From Basidiobolus meristosporus CBS 931.73 (Eukaryota; Fungi; Basidiobolomycota), in NCBI GenBank assembly GCA_002104905.1, contig MCFE01000433.1:11871-75870 (forward strand): DNA of 64,000 nucleotides, given 5' to 3'. A program made the position numbers and the translations under genes. The notes beneath the pieces were generated by a model that worked only from the letters and a program-made list of their open reading frames with translations, searched no databases and was not told the DNA's origin. This document shows, in pieces, positions 37,728 through 47,701 of the stretch; the stretch's first letter is position 1; each line of letters opens with the position of its first letter.

Positions 37728-40107
37728 CTACTGCTAATTAGGTTCCTCATTTCTTCTCCTGGCGCAATCTTTATAGTAAAGAATCTTATCTAAGATACAC
37801 TTTCTTAGCAGCTGAACATGACTGGTATATGTCTTCTAATGCCTTCTAGGCATTTCTTGCAGTTTTTGCTCCAAGGCACTCAATTAGCAATTTGTATTTG
37901 GCAATAAGGCAAATGCATTTAAAGGCACTCTGTTCTTTCTTCTGGTACTTTAAAGCTTCCTCTCACATATTTTTTAGGAGGGCATTCTGCTCCCATAATA
38001 GTATTCCAAAGCCCTTTTAATTTTAGCAGCATCTGCATCTTCACCTTCAACACTTGGTAGTTGAATCTATCCAACTTTTCAGCAGAGGGAGAAATTACTG
38101 TGATAGCAGTGCTACTACTAGTTGATAAGCAAAGTCAGGGCTTTCCAATGGCACCAAGCTCCCTTACTATGGTAGGGTTTTGACAAAGTTAATGTTTGTA
38201 TCCATTGTGGTAATAATCAATTTACAGTCTTCCATTTTGTACTTCTTTAGTATATCTTGAGTATACTTGGGTTGACTTAGGACATTAATCTGTGTACCTC
38301 TGTCTATGGACAACATCATCCCTAAGTAGTAACTGAGTTCTCTTAGATCAGACATTGCAAGCTTTTCAGATGGGCTGGATTTAGTCTCTCCCAATGTTTC
38401 AGGGTTATTGGTGGCACTAATAAGTTCATCCACATATAGATCTAATGCAACTGGATTGGCCATATCTGGCTTATAGTACAAACAATAGTCAGCATTACTT
38501 CTTTGGAAACTCAAAGATTCCAAAAAAATCTATGTTGCAATTGCATGCCCTTGATCATTATGCGGGACCATACAGAGATTTTTTAAGCATGCAGGCCAAA
38601 TAAGGACCTTCCTGGTCAGGAAACCTGTCAGGCTGGTTCATATACACATTGTCATTAAGCTCTTTATTCAACAAAGCTGTTTTGCATTCATTTGATATAT
38701 CAAGAACTTAATATTGGCTGCAATAGCAAATAGTAATCTGATGGAAATAAGCATGGCTACTGGTGCAAAGGGCCCAGTATAGCAGGTTCTTTTGATTGGG
38801 AGTATCCTTTGGCCGCAAGTCCAGCCTTGTGCCTTTCAATTGTATGAATATCCTTGTATCTTGCCATTTAAGACCTATCTGTACTTGGCTGATTTTTGGT
38901 TGACTTGTAATTTGACTAACTATCAAGTTTGATTTTCCATCAAGGCCTGACACTGCTCAGTGATTGCAGTTTGCCAAGATTTTGTCTGAGGGCTATATAG
39001 GGCCTCTCTAGCAGTCTGGAGCCTATTAATATGGACCAAATAGGCATAGGCTAATTTGAAACCTCATTGATGTAGTAATTTGGGCTATTTCTGGTCCACT
39101 TGGAGCTCCTTGCTTGTAATACTGGAGTGATCACTTCCGGGATATTCCAGGTACTGATTTGGGCTGTACCTTTGTGGTAAGGTGTTCCAGGGTGACAAAA
39201 TATATATTGTTTTGCTATAATGCAATCCTGCCTATTGGTGGATTTGAGAACAGATTCTTGTCATTGACTGATGTCTTCTTTTGTGAATATCTTGAATTTT
39301 CATCAACCATCACATCCCTGGACTGGATTAGCTTCTTTGCTTTGGTATTTTAGGGTTTGTATATTTTACTCTCATCTGAATAACACATTCCTGGCTGTGA
39401 TCTTGTTCTTTACATTGTTATAGCAAAGTCTTTATGCTTTGCAATTATTGCAGTTGCCCCAAAATATGCATTTCACACTTTTGGCTCAAATTCTTACTGA
39501 TGTCTGAGGAGTTTCTTGGCTTATGCTATACACCCGGATATTCTTATACACTCCGCACTTGATCTATATTCATACCGTGCATCAAATGGAGCACAATCAC
39601 AAAGTACTCTGTTATAATTCCTATTTTTAAGGTACAGAGTGGTGGCAAATGATTCTGTTCATAAATCACAAGATAATATTGGTCCATAGAGATGTGAGTC
39701 AATCAGATTTAATTCTTTGTTAGTTCTGATTAGCCCAGAGTTCATGAATGGCTGCCTGGCTTGTTTCTCATTTATATAGACTTTACAGTGCTCTACACTA
39801 GCAGGGGGATCCGCTTTTTCTCTGAATATAAGCTGATCTTTGACAATTTTGCACATATAATCAGATTTGATGTGTAGAAATCTCCTGTGCCAAAACCTTA
39901 GTATTTCTTTTTTAAGTTGACTTAATTGGCTTCCAAATGTGAAGGAATATAAGTCAACTTGTACAAATACTGACTTCTGCAACACAAAGAAATATGTGCA
40001 TTATTTGTATTGGTAATCCTGCATCCAGATTTGTCAAGCCTAAAACTAAGTCCTTCTGCTGTGACCATGCCTACAGATAGTAGGTACTTAGCTAGTTATG
40101 GAACATA
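37728..40107 (-). mobile_element. Degraded Ty1/copia pol (pre-integrase, integrase, RT, RNase H)
   Basis: FQRSNADYCLYY...LYVDELI (RT); LWHRR..H-like pre-integrase; YVP*LAKYLLSVG next to 40107. Confidence 0.8.
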
Positions 40108-42321
40108 AGACTTGTTCTATTGGATAGTGCCACATAGTACCAGCCTGTTTATAGTGCCAGACCAATCTGGCACCCTATGGCACCATCTGGCACTATAATT
40201 TCTACCATGATGCCAGTGGTATGATACAGTTACTGATAATTTTACTCAATCTTACTTATGTTGCTCAGAATAGTGCATTGCTTGCTTTATTTTCTCCTCA
40301 TAATGCTCCAGATACATTTCTCTCAGTGGATGTATTCTTGTATGAAAATACTATGCGTTAATAAGTATCTTAACTATTTTACCTATTCTGCTATGTTCTC
40401 TTATATATGACTTTCCTCTGTATTTACCTGCAAATATGCTGAATATCTGCAGATATCCAAATGTGTGCTCTACCCTTACTCTGGAATAATTAAATATCTC
40501 ATTTTAGAGCTGGTGCTTCCTGCTAAGCACACCAGTCCTTGGCTTCCTATATGCTGTAATACTCCCTAATTGCTGACAATTCTCTCCTATATAAGCTAAG
40601 TCTGCCATACATTTCTCCCCTCTACTGAATTCTGGATGATTCTCTACCCAGAGTGCTTTGTCATGCCTACTTCCAGCAAATGGCCCACTAAACCAGATGA
40701 TGTTACCCTTGATGTCAGACAGTGCTTGAAACTTCTCACAGAGTACCTTGTACTTGCCAGAATAAAAGTGCCTCTGCCCTCTAGATGGTCTGTTAATCTT
40801 GACTAGGAAGGTATCCAAAATACTCCTAAAATGGCACCTACTGCTGAGCACTCTAGGAAATGGAAGTCTACTGGAGCTTCTCAACCTAGTATTCCAAGCT
40901 TGCTCTAAGTCATTAATACCCTCTGCAAGGTGGTTTGCCATTGCTGTTAGCTGGGAATGGAAGCTTCTAGGACTTTTGTTGCCATGGATGGTGTGATGAA
41001 ACCTTGTAGGGCTATACTTCTTTTAATAGCAGAGAAGCTTAACATGGGATCTCCTTGAGTAGATTGGGGCAGATGGTCCACAGTACTTGGAATAGATCTC
41101 CTCTAGTGTGTCAAAAGGAAATCATGTGGTAGTGATGGGATTGATGAGGGAAGGCCATTCAGATGAGTAAGTCATATTAAAATTGGTAAAGGATTGAGTC
41201 AAAGTGATTTGAGTTGATTTGGCACAATCCGCATTGTTTATCTGATTTTCCATGCATTATGATTAAATCTCCATCAATTGCCATGTATCTTGCCATTGTT
41301 CTACAAAAGTCATCCTTTGAGCTCAGCTAAGGGCTATGCTAATGCATCAATTTGCACCTGCATGTGCCAATTTGCCTAACCATCAGCAATTTTCTTCTGG
41401 TGAACTGACTGATGATGACCCACATGAAGTGCCTCAACCACCAGAGCCCTTGGCAAGTAGAAGCACACATCAGCACATGGCACTTCAGGCCGGTTCAGTA
41501 GGCTCAATTGGAGCAACTCAGCATGGCCAGCTGCAGCATTGCACTCATCAACTAGGAGGCAAAATACTGACAACAAATACACAAGTAGCCAAGTTGACAG
41601 TCAACAAGAAAGTAGTATAGGAGTGCAAAGTGAGTCACTACCAAATGCTGCAGTAGTATTCCCTGTGAGAAGAAAACCCAGGAGATGATGATGCAATTGC
41701 TTTGAATTGCTATCATTTGTAATGATCCCAACAACACATTTTTTTTGCAATCCCAATTGAGCCATTGCTAATCAGCGATCAGCAAATTCTTGATATAATT
41801 GATTTCAAGGTTGTTTCATATTTGAGACAGAACCTCTTTAAATAAACACCCTGTATAAAAACACATAATCTGTAATACCAATGAGGCTATTGGATCTGTT
41901 TGGCACCTACCCAATCACTAGCATGCTAGCTATGACACCTTGTCCAATCACTAGGATCAAGGATTTACTTGCCCAATAGGCAAAATGAGATATTTGAGGG
42001 CAAACCAGGTAGCTTGTTTAATAGTCAATGAGCCAATTGGGGGCTGCCAGCGTCAGGATACTTTTGGACCAATTAACCTGACATACCGTCTAGTTGAAGT
42101 GATGGTAACCGAAACAATAAGTATCAGTGTAGTTTATAAGACTTGTTCCGTTGGATAGTGCCACATAGTGCCAGCCAGTTTATAGTGCCAGATCGATCTG
42201 GCACTCTACGGCACTATCTGGCACTATAATTTCTACCATGATGCCAGTGGTATGATACAGTTACTGGTAATTTTACTCAATCTTACTTATGTTGCTCAGA
42301 ATAGTGCTTTCCTTGCTTTAT

Positions 42322-43206
42322 TTACTCTTCATAATGCTCCAGACACATTTCTCTCAGTGGATGTCTTCTTGTATGAACATACTGTGTATTGATAAGTATC
42401 TTAACTATTTTACCTATTCTGCTGTTTTCTCCTATATATGACTTTCCTCTGTATTTACCTGCCAATATGCTGAATCTCTTCAGATATCCAAATGCGTGCT
42501 CTACCCTTACTCTGAAATGATTAAATATCTCATTGTAGAGCTTCTGCTTCCTGCTAAGCACACCATTCCTTGGCTTCCTATAAGCTGTAATACATCCTAA
42601 TCTCTGACAATCCTCTCCTATATAGGCCAAGTCTGCCATACATTTCTCCCCTCTACTGAATTCAGGATGATTCTCTACCCAGAGTGCTTTGTCATGCCTA
42701 CTTCCAGCAAATGGCCCACTAAACCAGATGATGTTACCCTCAATGTCAGACAGTGCTTGAAACTTCACACAGTGTGCCTTGTACTTGCCAGAATAAAAGT
42801 GCCTCTGCCCTCTAGAAGGTCTGTTAATCCTCACTGGGAAGGTATCCAAAATACTCCTGATATGGAACCTGTTGCTGAACACTCTGGGATATGGAAGTCT
42901 AATGGAGCTTCTGAACCTAGTATTCCAAGCTTGCTCTAAGTCATTCATACCCTCTGCAAGGTGGTTCTCCATTGCTGTCAGCTGGGAATGAAAGCTTCTA
43001 GGACTTTTGTTGCCATGGATGGTGGGATGAAACCTTGTAGGGCAATAGTTCTTGTAATAGCAGAGAAGCTTAACAAGGGATCTCCTTGAGTAGATTGGGG
43101 TTGATGGTCCACAGTACTTGGAATAGATCTCCTCCAGTGTGTCAAAAGGAAATCCAGTGGTAGTGATGGGATTGATGAGAAAAGACCATTCAGATGAGTA
43201 AGTCAT
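42322..43206 (-). CDS. DDE_Tnp_4 (Harbinger/IS5-like) transposase, 294 aa
   Basis: ILDTFPVRINRP, YSGKYKAHCVKFQALSD..G.IIWFSGPFAGSRHD, ADLAY, RVRVEHAFGYLKRF: the complete Harbinger catalytic motif set. Confidence 0.93.
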   Translation of the reverse strand: MTYSSEWSFLINPITTTGFPFDTLEEIYSKYCGPSTPIYSRRSLVKLLCYYKNYCPTRFHPTIHGNKSPRSFHSQLTAMENHLAEGMNDLEQAWNTRFRSSIRLPYPRVFSNRFHIRSILDTFPVRINRPSRGQRHFYSGKYKAHCVKFQALSDIEGNIIWFSGPFAGSRHDKALWVENHPEFSRGEKCMADLAYIGEDCQRLGCITAYRKPRNGVLSRKQKLYNEIFNHFRVRVEHAFGYLKRFSILAGKYRGKSYIGENSRIGKIVKILINTQYVHTRRHPLREMCLEHYEE

Positions 43207-43565
43207 ATTAAAATTGATGGATGATTGTATGGAGGCGGTTTGAATCGATTCGGCGCAATCTGCGTTATTTATCTGATTTTTAACACATTATGGTTAAATC
43301 TCCATCAATTGCCATGTATCCCATCATTATGTTGCAAAAATCATCCGCAAACAATGCCTTGGTACTTTTATTGATGCTTTATTCATAGGTCTATAATCAA
43401 ATAGGAAATCTGCGATTGATGTGATCTGATCCGTGTCAACGCGATCCGAGATGCATCATGCCTAATATATGGAAAATTCAACAATCACTTTAGTTTTCAT
43501 ATATATTTCATATAAGACCAGGTTGATGCCAATATACTGCTGTATAAGTATCCAAATCCGTTGCT

Positions 43566-44837
43566 ATGGTCCCCATACCAAGCCTCAACTCATCTTTAGT
43601 ACAACCCAGACAAAACCCATCCCCCAGCTCTCTAGCGCGGTCCGGACTGCAAAAGTTGATGTTGGATCCGTTCGAGTTCTTGCCAAATGATTTTAGTATG
43701 GCCCAAGTGTCTATGATGAGCCTTCATACAGATATTTGGGCACTACTGATTAATCTAGCAGAACTAGATACCTCAGAGAGTCGACAAAGATGGAAGAATT
43801 TGAGTAGAAAGCTGTGGCATGAGTTCTACATCAAGATGCCAGCCGATGTATGTAAAAAGATATATAACAAGACAAGTATTGAAATCAAGAATGAGCTGAG
43901 AGTGAGGGGATTTGACGAGGAAGCCGCGCGGGAACAATTTTGCGCGCAATTTGCACAGTACGGGCCGGATGCGTCCGTTCGTGCCTCAACTTTGGGAACC
44001 AAAGAGATTTTGAATGAGTTTTTGCCTCAAATGACTAATGTACTACGTGATATATTAGTAGAGCTAAGTGGCTTCCGAGAGCAATATACACAGGACTCAT
44101 CCAGGCAACAGCTCCAAAGTATCAGACAGAGGGTAAGTGAATACCTTGAGGAATCAGATGGTGAGCTTCAGGAGGAAGAATACAGACCGCGAGCAACATC
44201 GTCCAGATCGCGCCAGCACGCCTTGCTGGATTCCCTACCATCTCTTGCAACCACAGCGCGCCGGCGCACGTCAGTCCAGACCACGCCAACATCCTTTACC
44301 AGAACGCCCCGCGTCGAGTCAACGCGCATTGAGTCAACGCGCATCGGGTCAACGCGCGCGCTTCAGAGCAAAACTACCATAACTCGCCAAACTGCTCATT
44401 TAGACACAAGTCTATTGGAGCGGACCGAGTCGCGTCAACATGCGGCATCACATCAAACTCAGCCAAGGGCCATCTCAACGCGTCAAGGTGCGCCTGCGCG
44501 TGCCGTTTTGCCTGACCATCAGCGAGTTACTTCTGGTGAACTGACTGATGATGACCAACATGAAGTGACTCAACCACCGGAGCCCTTGGCAAGTAAAAGA
44601 ACGCGTCAGCGCGTGGCACTACAGGCCGGTTCAGTTGGTTCAGTTGGTTCAGTCGGAGCAATTCAGCGCGGCCAAGCTGCAGCATCGCACTCATCAACTA
44701 GGAGGCAAAATACTGACTACGAATACACAAGTAGCCAAGATGATCGTCAGCCAGGAAGTAGTATAGGTGTGCAAAGTGAGTCACTACCAAATGCTTCAGT
44801 AGTAATCCCTGTGAGAAAAAAACCCAGGAGAAGATGA
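43566..44837 (+). CDS. Harbinger partner protein ORF2, Myb/SANT(trihelix)-like N-terminus, 423 aa
   Basis: W...RWKNLSRKLWHEFYIKMPADVCKKIYNK trihelix-like motif, S/T/R-rich tail and a C-terminal basic NLS-like PVRKKPRRR. The true start codon is uncertain. Confidence 0.75.
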   Translation: MVPIPSLNSSLVQPRQNPSPSSLARSGLQKLMLDPFEFLPNDFSMAQVSMMSLHTDIWALLINLAELDTSESRQRWKNLSRKLWHEFYIKMPADVCKKIYNKTSIEIKNELRVRGFDEEAAREQFCAQFAQYGPDASVRASTLGTKEILNEFLPQMTNVLRDILVELSGFREQYTQDSSRQQLQSIRQRVSEYLEESDGELQEEEYRPRATSSRSRQHALLDSLPSLATTARRRTSVQTTPTSFTRTPRVESTRIESTRIGSTRALQSKTTITRQTAHLDTSLLERTESRQHAASHQTQPRAISTRQGAPARAVLPDHQRVTSGELTDDDQHEVTQPPEPLASKRTRQRVALQAGSVGSVGSVGAIQRGQAAASHSSTRRQNTDYEYTSSQDDRQPGSSIGVQSESLPNASVVIPVRKKPRRR

Positions 44838-45714
44838 TGCGATCGCTTTGAATTGCTGACATTTGTAATGATCCGGACAACTCTTTTTTTTTGCGATCCG
44901 AAACAAGCCATCGCAAATCAGTGATCATCAAATTTTTGATATAAGTAATATCAAGGTCGTCTCACATTTGAGACAGAACCCCTATAAATAAACACCCTGC
45001 ATATATATACGTCATCTGTAATACCAGTGCAGCTATTGGATCTGTTTTGCACCTACACAATTGCTTGCGTGCTAGCTATGACACCTTGCCCAATCACTAG
45101 GATCAGGGATTTACTTGCTCAATGGGCAAAATGGGATATTTGATGGCAAATCAGGTAGCTTTTTCAGTAGTCAATGAGCCAATTGGGGGCTGCCAGCTTC
45201 AGGATACTTTTGGACCAATTAACCACTGAGATACCGTACAATTGGAGTGAGGGTAACCAAAATGGTAAGTATCAGTGTAGTTTATAGTGTGATACACATT
45301 TATTTCCATTTACATTAAAGAAACATATCCAAATAGCGGATTTTACCTGCCATTATAGCGGTATCCGATCACGCACGTGATGCAAGCATTACGACTTGGC
45401 GCAATCATCCGCGCCAACCTCATTGTGTCAGATTGTGCCATAGTGTGCGAGATTGTCCTGCATAGTGCAAAATCGTCCAAGAACAATCCTGCCTTCTGGT
45501 AGCTATAATATCGCGCCCAATCGTTCTTTGCAACCGCGGATTGTGCCGCGCGCCCTGGCACGGTACAATGGAACAAGTCTATAGTGTGATACACATTTAT
45601 TTCCATTTAAATTGAAGAAACATATCCAAGTGCCATATTTTACTTGCCATATTAGCAGTATGCAATTGCGCACATGATGTAGACAATAGGGGTTGGCACA
45701 GTCACCCATGCCAT

Positions 45715-46495
45715 AATATCAGGTACCCTGGACATGAAAATTCTCAGAGTTGTTCAAACAGCCCTAAACTTTGCACACATGTACTTGGGACCATCTTAAA
45801 TCTATTCTGTTTGTTTTTTATGCCAAGACCATGCAAAAGTATAATTACTACTTTTACATTAAATAAGTCATCAAGTGAAAACCCCATAATCTACTAGTCC
45901 TCCCATATCATTTCAGATATCTCCAAGACTTTTACAACAGGTCATGAGCCCCAAGCTGTCACCCTCTGCAATGTCTACTACTGCTATGACTGAAAATCTC
46001 CCTCTGCTAGAAAGTTGGATGGATCTAACTAACTAGTGTGGAAGGTGAAGATGAAGATACTGATAAAAGAAAGAGTCCATTGGGATATTGTCCAAAAGAA
46101 ATGTGGGATAGAAATCCTCAAAGTGCTAGATGTAAGAACAAAGTGCATTTAACTGCATTTGCCTTAATGTCAAAGACAAATTGCTAATTCAATGCTTAAG
46201 AGCAAAAATGGCAGAGAATACCTGGAAGGTATTTGAAAAACCTACCAGTCATGTTCAGCTGCCAAGAAATGCATCTTGGATGAAAATTCTTTACTACAAA
46301 GATGCCAACTGGAGACAAAATGAAAAATATAATTAACAGAATTACCCTGCTGGTGGATGAGATGGAATCTATGGGTGTAACAACTACTGATGAGGATGTG
46401 ATAGCAATCACCCTGAAGAGCCTGAAAGACAGGTTCCAGGGCCTTGTAGCAGCCCTAGAGTCCAGAACCAAAGATTTGGCCTTAAACTACATATT
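45715..46495 (+). mobile_element. Ty1/copia 5' remnant: LTR 3' part (to 45939), PBS 45940-45952, gag
   Basis: ...CAACA|GGTCATGAGCCCC; WKVKMKILI; DKMKNIINRITLLVDEMESMG..TTDEDVIAITLKSL..RF..LVAALE (UBN2 gag). Confidence 0.82.
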
Positions 46496-47229
46496 AGACT
46501 TGTTCCGTTGGATAGTGCCACATTGAGCCATGAGTACCAAATAGTGCCATAGTGTGCCTGAGAGTCAGAGCAGACCTAAACTTGGCCATAGAGTGTGACA
46601 TATAGTTCTGCATGTTCATGCAAAGCAGCCCCTGTGTTTCACCTATGGTGCAGGAGAAAATCAGTTTTTTAACCTTTTTTTTGGGATCAAAATTGTGCAT
46701 GACATACAAGAGCACAGACAGACTGAAGATATGCATCTGGTACACAATACCCATGGCACTCTAAATCTAGCCCCACAGGCTTGTAGCATGTCACAAAAAT
46801 GCATGGCACTATCTTGGTCCACTGGTACTATCTGGCACTATATTTAAATATTAGCCCTAAAGTAGAACCTATACAAAGCACTTATAGTGCCAGATAGTAC
46901 TAGTGGACCAAGATAGTGCCATGCATTTTTGTGACATGCTACAGGCCTGTGGGGCTAGATTTAGAGTGCCATGGGTATTGTGTACCAGATGCATATCTTC
47001 AGTCTGCCTGTGCTCTTTTATGTCATGCGCAATTTTGATCCCAAAAAAAAGATTAAAAAACTGATTTTCTCCTGCACCATGGGTGAAACACAGGGGCTGC
47101 TTTGCATGAATATGCAGAACTATATGTCACACTCTGTGGCCAAGTTTAGGTTTGCTCTGACTCTCAGGCACACTATGGCACTATTTGGCACTCATGGCTC
47201 AATGTGGCACTATCCAACGGAACAAGTCT
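46496..47229. mobile_element. Foldback MITE-1, 734 bp, 347-bp arms and 40-bp spacer, TSD ATT
   Basis: Arms 46496-46842 and 46883-47229 are near-perfect reverse complements. ATT flanks both sides. Confidence 0.95.
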
Positions 47230-47701
47230 ATTATCTATCACTTAAGCCCCTCTTGGTGAGATCTATGTATTGATCCAACTGAGACAAGTTGGGGGGGCAA
47301 ATATTTTGAGGTAATAAACATAAGCCTTTATTACCTTGCTACCTTCTATTGGAAGCTATTCTTAGCCATGTGGTACTAACTGGACCTAGAAGCTCTCCCA
47401 GCTACCAAGTACAGTCAGTAATTACCCACAGATTTGGTTTCATCTCTGAGGAAATAAGCACAAGTGAGGTAATGTCTACTACAATGAAGCTGAGAGCATA
47501 CAGAGGAAAGAGAGAGAAAGCCCTTGAGTGGTTTGATAAGCTTGAGAGAGTTGTGGTTGAAGCAGGATGGGACAACAATAAGAAAGTAAGGGGGTTTGCA
47601 AGACATGCAGAGTGGTCAGCATAGCAATGGTGTTATGGGTTGGAAGCCACTGCAGTGGGGTCACAGTGACACCCACTGACAGTTGTGCTCATTCTCATAT
47701 T

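Larger units (their letters stand above)
42139..45580 (-). mobile_element. PIF/Harbinger-superfamily element copy 1, intact, 3442 bp, TSD ATA
   Basis: TIRs AGACTTGTTCC / GGAACAAGTCT. ATA on both sides. Two intact divergent ORFs. Confidence 0.95.
40108..45712 (-). mobile_element. PIF/Harbinger-superfamily element copy 0 (old; ORF2 partly deleted, right end lost), interrupted by copy 1
   Basis: Left TIR AGACTTGTTCT at 40108 preceded by ATA. Frameshifted transposase ~40290-41176. Sequence resumes at 45581 and is lost near 45712. Confidence 0.85.

Noticed and set aside
42667-43690. Repeated antisense or overlapping ORFs in Harbinger copies (MILYPECF..., MENSTIT...)
   Set aside because: They recur only because the element is repeated. 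CpG-free AGR coding also favours open antisense frames. No motifs.
46494-47273. Mirror-image ORFs MGIVYQMHIF... on both strands
   Set aside because: A by-product of the palindrome. They are not conserved as open frames in MITE-2.
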